Part shown: in pieces, positions 49,200 through 61,158 of the stretch
How positions within the stretch are numbered: the stretch's first letter is position 1
Layout of the letters: each line of letters starts with the position of its first letter
Assembly (NCBI RefSeq): GCF_902459465.1
Contig: NC_047082.1
Coordinates: 6,758,001 to 6,822,000, forward strand
Direction of reading: 5' to 3'
DNA from: Asterias rubens
Lineage: Eukaryota
DNA length: 64,000 nt
Notes under the pieces: generated by a model
Told to the model about the DNA's origin: nothing
Seen by the model: only the letters and a program-made list of their open reading frames with translations
Databases searched by the model: none
Program-made: the position numbers and the translations under genes

Positions 49200-50169
49200 T
49201 TCTTGTGTTCCTTCACTGACGTTGCTATTTTGATCTCTGGTAATGTTGACACTGGTTCCGTCGTGACTGTTTGGCTCTTTTTTAATATTGAAATTGGTTC
49301 CGTCACAAATGGTGCAGTTTTCTTTTTAGTTAATACTGAAGCTGGTTCCGCCATGAATGTTACTGTTTTTCTCTTTGGTAATGTCAGAGCTGTTTCTGCT
49401 ATGAATGGTGCAGTTTGGTTTTTTGCTAATGTTAATGCAAGTTCCGTCATGACTGTTGCAGTTTGGCTCTTTTTCAAAATCGAAATTGGTTCTGTCACAA
49501 ATGTTACACTTTTCTTTTTAGTTAATACTGAAGCTGGGTCTGCCATGAATGTTACTGTTTTCTTCTTTGGTAATGTCGGAGCTGTTTCTGCTATGAATGG
49601 TGCAGTTTGGTTCTTTGCTAATATTAACGCTGGTTCCCTCCTGACTGTTGAAGTTTGACTCTTTTTCAAAATCGAAATTGGTTGTGTCACGAATGTTGCA
49701 CTTTTCTTTTTAGTTAATACTGAAGCTGGTTCCGCCCTGAATGTTACTGTTTTCTTCTTTGGTAATGTCAGAGCTGTTCCTGCCACAACTGTTGCAGTTT
49801 GGTTCTTTGTTAATGCTAAATCTGATCCTGAGATCAATGTTGCAGATTTCATCAATGGTACATGTAAAGCTGGTTCGTCTGTTATTATTGCAGTCTGTTG
49901 AGACATTAATGCTGAATCTTGTTCTTTCGGTTCTTCGGATTCTAACGCGGTAGATTTCTTTCTCTTTAGCGAATCTTCACCTCCATCGTTGAGTAACATC
50001 ACATCAAGTTCCACCACATCCACAAAGACCCAATCCATGCCGTGGTAAGCATCCTCCAAATCAAGATCAAGAACTTCCACAACGACCCAAGCCATTGTTT
50101 TTTTCAAAGCTCCACAGCAAGATTTTGTAGAAGAATCCTCTAATCTGAGAGCACTATCCCTCCAAGCTT
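49200..50169 (-). CDS. PTK2: Candidate large alternative FAK linker exon: tandem 16-aa repeats with RVxF and SILK (PP1-docking-like) motifs
   Basis: 330-codon ORF 49196-50188. Donor AA|gtaggc is phase 2 and joins exon 48430. Possible acceptors: ctgtag (exon start 50169, phase 1) or ctctcag (50144, phase 2). Confidence 0.6.
49244..49813 (-). repeat. Coding tandem repeat: 48-bp monomers in a 192-bp higher-order unit (~3 copies)
   Basis: Period of 64 aa: RVxF Phe at ORF residues 150/214/278, SILK at 172/236/300. Confidence 0.92.
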
Positions 50170-52013
50170 CTACAGTATTTGCAGACAAATGAAAGCATTA
50201 ATCAAGCCTAATATGGAGTCGCCAATAAGTTGATGTTTAAGTGAAGCTGGGCAAGTGCATAACATCTGTTTGCAATGGATGCAAGTAACTACATGTAACT
50301 GAAGGTAGAAGCATTGTAGGTTCGGTTTTGTACTAGTTTTTCAAGGTTTATGATCAAATTTTCTAAACAGACAGATCTAATGATTCATTTGTTCTGACCA
50401 ATTCTTACCAACATTTCTAACACAACGTTCCTGACCAAGGTCATGAAGGTGTGGAGTCTGCCTCTAGCAGTATGAACCTGCAAAAGGACATGTATTTCCC
50501 ATGTGGTTTAACCAAAGGATTTGCCCAATGTCAACAATTGGCCATGACTCAAGAGATGACACTGCTATTTACCACAAGGGCTTTCCCCGAGTTGTTACTT
50601 TGGAACGGTCATTCACACTCACGCATGGGAGCTGTGAGCAGTATGTCGGGTCTGTGTGATCTGTGTGGTTGTACACATACATTGCACGCCATGAACTATT
50701 TGATGGTAAATATAACTCATCATCATGTTTATTCACATAGTTGACTACCCAAGGCAAAGGATATGATCAAAAATTGTTTGGCATCACAGTGAGATGGCAT
50801 GATTATTTACTACAAGGTTTTCCTGTACCTTTGATTTAGAAGCGCTCATTCACACAAACATCTATAGGGTCTGAGTGGTGCATGAATGACATCAACTACA
50901 TGAATCATTGTTTGCACACATAGTTGATGACTCAAGGCAAAAAGGTATCACTCAAGTTCTCATAAAAACACAAAAATATTGAAGTCATTGATGATTTATA
51001 AAGCATTAATACTATAAAGGGAAAGCTCCTAGATATGGCCAATGACAAACAGCACAAAAAATCACAGGCTGTCAAAAGCATACATGTACATGTTGTACCT
51101 GTGGTCATTAAGGCAAAAACCGCTATTCTCAAATTGGTCTATTCAGCCACAGCTGACTCTGCTCAGCAACTACCAAGGCACACAACTAAATGGTCAATTC
51201 TCGACTGAAGAACCATTTCTCAGGATGATTGACAACAATATAAACTTGATCAGACTTTCGAGTTCTTGAGCAAGGAAAGAACAAAACACATGTAAAAAGT
51301 TTAGCAATATCCCATTGCTTACATTGATGGCATCCCCTGAACTTACAGGGTATTATGAGCCGACTTGTCAAAATGTACAGTTAACTAAGCCCTAAGGGAG
51401 AACAGAGAAGCAAATAGTGCATGGCCTAGAACAACAATGATGTATCCAAATTAAAACCAACTGGTTTAACAATCTCTTCCAAGCCTCCATGTTCCTCCTT
51501 TCTTTCTGGGAAACAGAAATGCTTAACTGTCCCGGCCGCAAATTTCTTTTGTTTTTACCACACGCTGGCCATCGCATACACGCGTAAGGTATGGGCGCTT
51601 TCCCGGATCCCTTCACTGTTGACCCTGTGGCCAGCGTGTGATACGGGGGAAAAAATTGCATCCCAGCCACATTTCAAATAGCAGGATGTTTTATATTACA
51701 GCCATCATTTCCTCTATAGGGAAGTACAGCACTGGTTTCCTGCTTCACCTAGTCAGAAGGGATTGGCTTACTGCATAAGCAACGTACAATACAATATAAC
51801 GGGAACCGGCTATTAACAGAAATGACACCAACACTCATTTTGGTTTGATATTAACCCTTATTCTATTAATAGAAGTTCCTCATGTTACAGCTAACCTTGT
51901 CACATTCCCAGAGTGCTGCAACAATAATGATTACCGATTGTCATTATACCAGAAAGGAGTCATACTATAACTGTACTCAAACCTCTCCGAGACTAAACAT
52001 TTGCCTAACTTAC

Positions 52014-52053
52014 TCATTCTCAAGTGGAAGTGATGGTAGAGCCCTGTCCCCTT
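52014..52053 (-). CDS. PTK2: FAK linker exon (E-GDRALPSLPLEN)
   Basis: tttacag/gtaagt, 40 nt, phase 1-2; resembles vertebrate EGERALPSIP. Confidence 0.88.
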
Positions 52054-54039
52054 CTGTAAACAAAAACAAAAAAGTTATCATGATCAAGTAATCAGGTTAA
52101 CAAAATTTAATCATGAAACTTTCTAAGCAATCATTGGGTATTTCTAAATAGCCTAGAAAGATAAGACATTCTGATTGGTCAAGAACCTTAGCTTTGCGAA
52201 CCCCAACCAGAAACATGTTTGGGCTTTGGTTCACAAGTTCAGCTGTGTGGCAAAAAGGACGTACATGCACATGTAGCTGCTTCCACCACTTTACGTGAAA
52301 GGCTTTGTTTCATTAGATTGTATAAATTATGAAACTAATACAAATTTGTTTACATATCAATCCATGCTAAAAAAAAACAATCACTACATTGTTTTCTGAT
52401 TGTGCCGCAAGGAAATTCACTTCTCTTCTGATATTCACATGAGGTTTTAACTGGGCATAGGATGTCACTTAACCATCCAATACATTATTAAAGAAAATTA
52501 AACTAAACACTGCCTTAATGTCATTGGTGTCAACACCGATAATGTTTCTAGTTCCACATCTGTTTTCGCACATTTCTCTGAAATTGTTTTGGACAATAAA
52601 TTATACATCAGAAAGATTTTGTTTCTGATCATAAGCAAAACACATCACCAGTCTTAAACCAGCTTGAACTGGATTGTTAAATCACATCATACCGCAGTAG
52701 TTGTATCTCCATGGATACTTAATTTAAGCCAACCAATGAGAAGAATGCACTCAGGCTCTAGTTTTTACAAACTTGTCTTTGTATTGATATGTTTGCAATG
52801 AAAAATATTAGTAAATTTGCTCCCGAACACAAACACAAGTATAACAATATGAACAGGTGTTTTTTTAAAGGTACAACAGTAGATCATTTATCCTATAGCC
52901 ATGACCGGGCCATATCAAGATTACAAAAACAGAACTTTTAATTCTTCTTACATGCCTTCCGCGTACAAACTTTTAAAGAAACTGCTTTCTAGTTAATGTA
53001 GCAGAATTGAAAACAAGAAAATTAAATGGAATCTCTGCTGAGAATGATAATTTAATCAATAACCATTTAAAATATTGAGTACAGATTACCCAATCAATGA
53101 AGGTCAGAAAATAGGCTTCAATATATCTGATGCAAAAAAGCATCAACATTGAACAGCAAATATTCTGAGCAAAAGCGAGTTTTTCTTAAAATTAATTTAT
53201 TAAAGCAAACTGTCGTTGAAGATTTTGTGCAAGTTTGATCACAAATCATGAACATGCTTTTTGAAACTGCCAACTTGGTGATTGCTGTCCTTTAATCCAT
53301 GCATCTTATTCGCTTTTATTCTTTATTAAAATAAGCAATTAATAAATTGCAAAAGGGAAAATAATTGGTGAAGAAAAAAGCACTCCTGCAAAATTTTTGT
53401 CTTTTATACATAGAAATGTTATCTCAGGAGCGCCTGACTGGAATTGATGATCTTGAAATAATTTTGGAAAGTGCAGAGTAAAAAGCAAGACCTCCAAGCT
53501 GATTAAACATGACTTCCATCCCTGATGACATGTAAGTCACAGCAAACACACATTTACATGTGTTGTATCAATTGGAGATGGGTAAGAGCCAACAGATATC
53601 ACATCTGTCAAGTGCCTTTCAAACTAAAAGGTTTTTTCCACCAAGACTTGAGCCACCCACTGCAGGAAAATGGTTGGTACACGACTGGCATTTTAATGAT
53701 CTAATAACTCAACATAACATAAGTTCATTTAACTTACAGTTGATCCAACAAACATTAACTTTGGCATTGTATATTTGAAGACGAAACATGTGAATAAGTA
53801 TTTTCGTTTCAGAAACCAATTATGTACAATCCCTTTTTGATATATTTCATAAAAACTAAAGGATTGGAATGAGCACTTTTCTAAAAACTAATGATGTAAA
53901 AGAAAAGAGTACTCAAATTAGTATTTTTCTTCTACATGTAGCACCCTTTTTGTTTACTATCCCCAAGTGTTGTGAAAGTGTACTATGAGTAAAATATTGA
54001 GTTATGCAAGAGTAAATTGTATCATCAGTGTTTATGGAA

Positions 54040-56160
54040 CCTATGTGAGTGCTTATGGAATGTATCAGGAGAGATTATGGAATGTAACAAGAGTGTTTAT
54101 GGATTGTAACAGGAGTGTATTATGGAATGTAACGAGAGTGTTTATGAATGTAATAAGAGTGTATTATGGAATGTAACAAGAGTGTTTATGGAATGTAATA
54201 AGAGTGTATTATGGAATGTAACGAGAGTGTTTATGGAATGTAATAAGAGTGTATTATGGAATGTAATAGGTGTGTATTATGGAATGTAATAGGTGTGTAT
54301 TATGGAATGTAATAGGTGTGTATTATGGAATGTAATAGGTGTGTATTATGGAATGTAACGAGAGTGTTTATGGATTGTAACAGGAGTGTATTATGGAATG
54401 TAACGAGAGTGTTTATGGAATGTAATAGGAGTGTATTATGGAATGTAACGAGAGTGTTTATGGAATGTAATAGGTGTGTATTATGGAATGTAACGAGAGT
54501 GTTTATGGAATGTAATAAGAGTGTATTATGGAATGTAACGAGAGTGTTTATGGATTGTAACAGGAGTGTTTATGAATGTAATAAGAGTGTATTATGGAAT
54601 GTAACGAGAGTGTTTATGAATGTAATAGGAGTGTATTATGGAATGTAATAGGTGTGTATTATGGAATGTAATAGGTGTGTATTATGGAATGTAACGAGAG
54701 TGTTTATGGAATGTAATAAGAGTGTATTATGGAATGTAATAAGAGTGTTTATGGAATGTAATAAGAGTGTATTATGGAATGTAATAGGAGTGTATTATGG
54801 AATGTAACGAGAGTGTTTATGGAATGTAATAAGAGTGTATTATGGAATGTAATAGGTGTGTATTATGGAATGTAATAGGTGTGTATTATGGAATGTAATA
54901 GGTGTGTATTATGGAATGTAACGAGAGTGTTTATGGAATGTAATAAACGTGTATTATGGAATGTAATAGGTGTGTATTATGGAATGTAATAGGTGTGTAT
55001 TATGGAATGTAATAGGTGTGTATTATGGAATGTAACGAGAGTGTTTATGGAATGTAATAAGAGTGTATTATGGAATGTAATAGGTGTGTATTATGGAATG
55101 TAATAGGTGTGTATTATGGAATGTAACGAGAGTGTTTATGGAATGTAATAGGAGTGTTTATGGAATGTAAAAAGAGTGTATTATGGAATGTAACGAGAGT
55201 GTTTATGGAATGTAATAAGAGTGTATTATGGAATGTAATAGGTGTGTATTATGGAATGTAATAGGTGTGTATTATGGAATGTAATAGGTGTGTATTATGG
55301 AATGTAACAAGAGTGTTTATGGAATGTAATAAGAGTGTATTATGGAATGTAATAGGTGTGTATTATGGAATGTAATAGGTGTGTATTATGGAATGTAATA
55401 GGTGTGTATTATGGAATGTAATAAGAGTGTATTATGGAATGTAACGAGAGTGTTTATGGATTGTAACAGGAGTGTTTATGAATGTAATAAGAGTGTATTA
55501 TGGAATGTAACGAGAGTGTTTATGGAATGTAATAAGAGTGTATTATGGAATGTAACGAGAGTGTTTATGAATGTAACGAGTGTTTATGGAATGTAATAAG
55601 AGTGTATTATGGAATGTAACGAGAGTGTTTATGAATGTAACGAGAGTGTTTATGGAATGTAATAAGAGTTTATTATGGAATGTAACGAGAGTGTTTATGG
55701 ATTGTAACAGGAGTGTTTATGAATGTAATAAGAGTGTATTATGGAATGTAACGAGAGTGTTTATGGAATGTAATAAGAGTGTATTATGGAATGTAACGAG
55801 AGTGTTTATGAATGTAACGAGAGTGTTTATGGAATGTAATAAGAGTGTATTATGGAATGTAACGAGAGTGTTTATGAATGTAACAGGAGTGTATTATGGA
55901 ATGTAACTGGAGCATGCATTTATGATATGTAATGGGAGCATATAAGGAATGTAACAGGAGCTTTTATGGAATGTAACGGGAGTGTTTATGGAGTGTATAA
56001 TATAGAATGTATCGTGAGTGTTTATGTTATGTAATGTGAGTGTTTATGGAATGTAACAAGAGTGTTTATGAAATGTAACTTGAGTGTTTATGGAAGCTAT
56101 TGTGAGGATTTATGAAATGGAAATAGAGTGTTGATGTATTGTTTTGTTTATGGAATGTAC
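54040..56160. repeat. ~2-kb minisatellite of 22-23-bp variants with decayed edges
   Basis: Units gagtgtttatggaatgtaataa / gagtgtattatggaatgtaacga / gtgtgtattatggaatgtaatag. Confidence 0.95.
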
Positions 56161-56411
56161 ATGTATCTTGACTATCTTGTGAATGTAACATGAATGATTT
56201 CAAGAGTTGATCAATCCGTGTCTTTATTCATCTTTATTCAAGTTCTGAAAACTTTTCACCAAGGCAGTCATAGACTAATTAACTGCTAACTCCTACTGAA
56301 CAAAAGGCTCAAAAGGTTATCATTTAAATGCATTTTCCCCGATCGGTGCCTTGCCGTGTCTATACAAGTCAACCCGAATAAGTCTGAGTCATGCAAGTTA
56401 CGCAAGTGTTG

Positions 56412-56801
56412 TTAAAGGAACACGTTGCCTTGGATCGGGCGAGTTGGTCTTTGAAAAGCGTTTGTAACCGTTTGTTATAAAACGCATATGGGTAGAAAGA
56501 TGTTGTAAAAATAGAATATAATGATCCACACAAACATGCCTCGAAATTGCCTGGTTTTCCTTTTACCTTGTCGACTAACACGGTCGGCCATTTATGGGAG
56601 TCAAATTTTTGACTCCCATAAATGGCCGACCGTGTTAGTTCACACAGTAAAAGGAAAACCACGCAATTTCGAGGCAAATTTGTGTGAATCATTGTATTCT
56701 ATTTTTAAAACATCCTTCTAACCATATGCATTTTATAAGACACGGTTACAAACGCTTTTTATAGACCAACTCGACCAATCCAAGGCAACGTGTTCCTTTA
56801 A
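56412..56801. mobile_element. Kolobok-like MITE family B, full, almost entirely palindromic
   Basis: TTAA ends; symmetric about atgggagtcaaatttttgactcccata. Confidence 0.85.
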
Positions 56802-59182
56802 GATCTTGTGAATTTTGGAGTAAACTGGATCTGAATGCGACATAATGGTAAAGGCTGCGACCTGCACGTACTTAGAATCACCGGCAACTTATAACACTGT
56901 TGGATCATGAGGTTTCATGACAAATCCTGCTTTAGAAGGTTTCTGTCAAAGTTACAGTCAATCATTGGTTAGTAAGATTACCAGACAACACCTTTTATAG
57001 GCAGCGATTAGTTTATGAAGCTGTGATTAGTAAGAAAATTAGTATAAAATAAATCACACATTCAGGATTGATTAATAGCAGTTACAATGGTATGTTATGC
57101 AGCATTCAACATGGTTAGTGTCAATTTATATGCCATAAACCTTCCAGTGAACAAAATAAATTAAGTTATATAATTTACAAAGAACACAAACCACTGAGAA
57201 TGGAACTCCTTCAAACAGCACTTGTAAACACAATGTGTTACTATTTTGGGAGTAAGTTTATACCTTTTGTCTGCGTGTAATACATGTAACACACAAAGTG
57301 GTTTCAAGAGTGGCTGAGATGCAAGTACACCACATTAATTGGACTTCTAAAAACATGCACCAATACTGTCAAGCAACAGTTACCCCATTACAAAAATCTC
57401 ATCTCTGAATTATACTTTGTGACTTTGTTGAGTTTGTAACAAATTTCAAAAAATTAAGTCACAAAATTCAATAAAACCAGAAAACAGAACAAGATTTTGG
57501 TTGTTAATGTCATGTAATTTTAACTGTGACATAGCCCAGTAGATAATGATACGATTTGCAATGTGTCAGTACTGATTGGTTTGAGACCTTATTCAAGCTG
57601 GACAACATTACAAATTGGCACAAACCCAATGGAAAGACCCAGGTCCTAAGTGTCCTATGCCTGTCTGTAACCATGAGGGTTCTTACAGTCCATGCCAAAA
57701 ACTGTTTTATTATTGGTCATTACTTGAGCATTTTTATAAGTTTGCTCTAGCTTCTCTGGTATAAATTAATCGATCCTCAAGAACATGAACCATTTTTTCC
57801 CCTCGGTTATGCTTTGCTTCAAAATGCCAGTTTTACAATCAAATAACAAATTTCTGCAATTTGTATTAAAGAAAGATATGATTACACCACCATGGCCATT
57901 AGTATTGAAGTTGCCATTCGGCAGGCCTGATGCTTCAATGCCTCTGGTTATTGCCTTGGTGCCCCATGTACAATTTCCTTATAGAAGTGCTTTGGTGCCC
58001 TTGCCCTCTCAAGAAACGGCATCAGGCCAACATCAGTGACAAACAACCCTACACAAACTGAACATTGTATACTTTTTAAGGAGAAAGAAAATAGTGTTCA
58101 ACCATCCAAGCACTAGGAAAAGTCAACAGCACTTCGCACTGATGACATCACTTTTGCTCCAAATACCGGATGTCAAACAAAATTTCTACCACTCACGTGA
58201 TCACTGCATCAACGCAAGTAGATTGCACATGAGTAAACATAAATCATGACATTGGCTTAGACATGTATGAAAGCATTCCTCAGAGAAATATGACATGTAT
58301 GAGATCCATATACATGTACTTGCATGACATCCAGTAAGCTTCTATTTCTAGCACAAAGCCTGGTTTATACTTCCTGCAAGTCCCGCAAAATTGAATGTGA
58401 AACCAATTTTGACGTCAGGAGCCCTGTTTTCGCTGCGAATGTTTCACAGGAGTCAAACACATTTCAATTCATGCCAATTTTTTGTTGCGAATGCGTGACA
58501 CATTTGCAGGAAGTATGAACCTGGCTTTAGTGTGGAGTTCTATTGCCTGTGACTAGCTACATAACTACGTAGTGTTTGACTGTTTAAGTTACCTACACGT
58601 AACGTTAATAATCATTCCCCACCCATCTACTTTCTCTAACTAGAGACATCATTTTGATTGACAACTCTTATTAAGCTTAACTTTAAAAGGATGATACATT
58701 TGAATGTCTTACTTTCATACATATTCAATTTTTAAAAGTCAGTTTCAAAAAATTATTGTTACAAAAGCCATTTTGAAAGCGTCATCATAATGGCTGCTCA
58801 AATTTTAAAGAAGTAAAAACTCTTTAAACCCTATTATATAAAATGAGCCTATATACAGCACATTAGCAGTTTTTGTTTGTTTTTTATGCTATTTTGAAAG
58901 AATAACTTTGTATATCTAGTTTCTTTTATAGTGCAAAGTTAATAATTTGATACCAAAGTAGCATTGTGATACTAATGATATTGTTGTGTTAAGACCCAAG
59001 ATTTCTGTTTTATGTTTCCTGCACTAAAGAAACACCGTGTATACGCAGTACTCATTTAGTTACTAAGTGAGGATCAGTGTACAATCCTGTTGATTTGTTA
59101 CTAAGGTTAATTACTATCTACATGTACATTATGCCTGTATACCAAGATCTACAATGCTTATTATCTAGTTTACTAGCATTAC

Positions 59183-59588
59183 TTAAAAACACTGAACACT
59201 ATTGGTAATTGTCAAAGACCAGTCTTTTCACTTGCCAGTCTTCTCACTTGGTGTCTCTCAACATTTGCGTAAAATAACAAATCTGTGAAATTTTGAGCTT
59301 GATTGGTCATCAAATTTGCGAGATAATAATAAAAGAAAAAATACCCTTGTCACACGAAGTTGTGTGCTTTCAGGCTTGATTTCGAGACCTCAAAATCTAA
59401 TCACGAGGTCTCAAAATCAAATTCGTGGAAAATTACTTCTTTCTCAAAAACTATGTTACATGTACTTCAGAGGGAGCCGTTTCTCACAATTTTTTATACT
59501 ATTAACAGCTCCCCATTACTCATTACCAAGTAAGGTTTTATGCTAATTATTATTTTGAGTAATTACCAATAGTGTCCACTGTCTTTAA
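59183..59588. mobile_element. MITE family A, full copy
   Basis: TTAA-bounded TIRs. Confidence 0.8.
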
Positions 59589-61104
59589 TCAATGTTTATC
59601 AAACATGGGCCCACTTTCAAAAAGATATTTTTCATCTGTTCACTGGTTTGTTAAACAAATTACTGTGCTTCATACATGTATGGGCATAAAGGGACTTGTT
59701 TTTTATATGTTTTATATTATTTCATTCCCTCAAAATATTATTTCGCTCACCATCCCAATGTTATTTCGAGGGATTAAAATAACATTTTTGACAGAACAAA
59801 ATACCAGTTTGAGGGGGGACAAAATACTACTTTGAGAGAACAAAATAATATTTCAAGGGAACTAAACATTTCGAGGGAACACTAGATTAGTTTGAGGGAA
59901 CAGAACAATATTTTTGGGGCAACAAGAAGAAAAGAAGATTTTTCCCTTTACAGGTTCCATAATGGTGTTTATAAATACAAGATCATTTGGTTGCAAACAC
60001 CATTCTGAAAGTGCTATACAATTCTGTACATTCAACAAATTATGATTGGTCAAATCAGAAAATGCAACCATGGTCACACCTATGCATTGAAAAAGGAGTT
60101 AATGAGCTGAAATGTATTGTAAGTAACACTCCGTAATGAACATTGAATTATAATGCTTTAAAAAAAATAAACATGAGTTACATGGCTTCAAGTGGAACCC
60201 TGGTCACAACATGTAACACAAATTGTAATACTTCTAAAAATGTAACAAATGTCCGACTAAAACTGCAACTTGAAGTCATGGGAAATATGAAATAAAGGTT
60301 GTTGGTAGTATGATGAATACCAGGTAGAATGGTGTTATGTCTTTAGACTATGTTAACTTGTAATACAAACCATACACAGGCAATGTACAATACATCTCAC
60401 GCCAGTAACTTTTAGGAAACAAAAAGCAGCATCAACATGTTTTGCAGAAAATTTTGTGAATCCTACTTTATTGAAAGTAAACATGGAATGAATTGATTTT
60501 TTAACCACTTCAACATGGATTCCAGATGCTTAACAATTCCGTGGCCATGCTTCAGAATTGGATCTAATATAACAGAAAAGATTTGCCTTCCGTGTGTGTT
60601 ATGACTTATTCAGAAAATCGTTTTATTTTTGCTAACAAAATAAGCATAAAAAGTCAGTACTAACCCTAAAGAAAATGCAATTGTACACAGCTACGATAAA
60701 TTGTGTTCATACTTTTTTTTTTCTCTTCACCGATAACAATTGGTAAATACTCTTCTTCAAAATGTGTCTTGCAACCAACACAGGTTTATCCTTTGCATCA
60801 AATAAAACTTTAATTAATTATGTTTAACTCCAACACACAATTCAAATGTGGTCTAGTTCCTTGCATAGTCACACAATTGTTAAGGTGCTGTTAAGTTTTT
60901 ACAATTGGGCCAGACTAGTTTTTAATCCAACCTATGTAAATGTGATCACATGCATTTATATTGAAGGCAAATTGCGACAACATGATTAAGAACTGGGAAT
61001 AATTAACAAGATTAACAGTTTGAAGCCAGCATAATGGCCAGTGTGTGTCTTCAAAACTCATCCAAAATGGCCGACTTTGGGGTAAATATATTGGATATAC
61101 TTAC

Positions 61105-61158
61105 GCTGTGAGGACTGAGAAACAGAAACATCTCCTCTCCGTGAGGCAGCATTAAAAG
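61105..61158 (-). CDS. PTK2: Candidate 54-nt symmetric FAK cassette exon (FNAASRRGDVSVSQSSQ)
   Basis: ctaac branch site, pyrimidine tract, ttag acceptor, gtaagt donor; open in phase 1, which matches the next exon; no recognised homology. Confidence 0.4.

Noticed and set aside
49191-49658. 155-aa plus-strand ORF with repeats
   Set aside because: Antisense shadow of the minus-strand repeat exon; no splice or start support, and the motif content is on the other strand.
51392-51670. GC-rich 92-aa ORF in the FAK linker intron
   Set aside because: No splice-site pair or homology; could be regulatory, but nothing in the sequence supports a call.
54316-55906. ORFs of MECNKSVLWNVTRVF repeats
   Set aside because: Translation of a non-triplet 22/23-bp minisatellite; frames break repeatedly.
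58197-58240. Possible exon ending ATCAC|gtgagt (MFTHVQSTCVDAVIT)
   Set aside because: No acceptor found, phase 2 does not fit the next FAK exon, and no homology.
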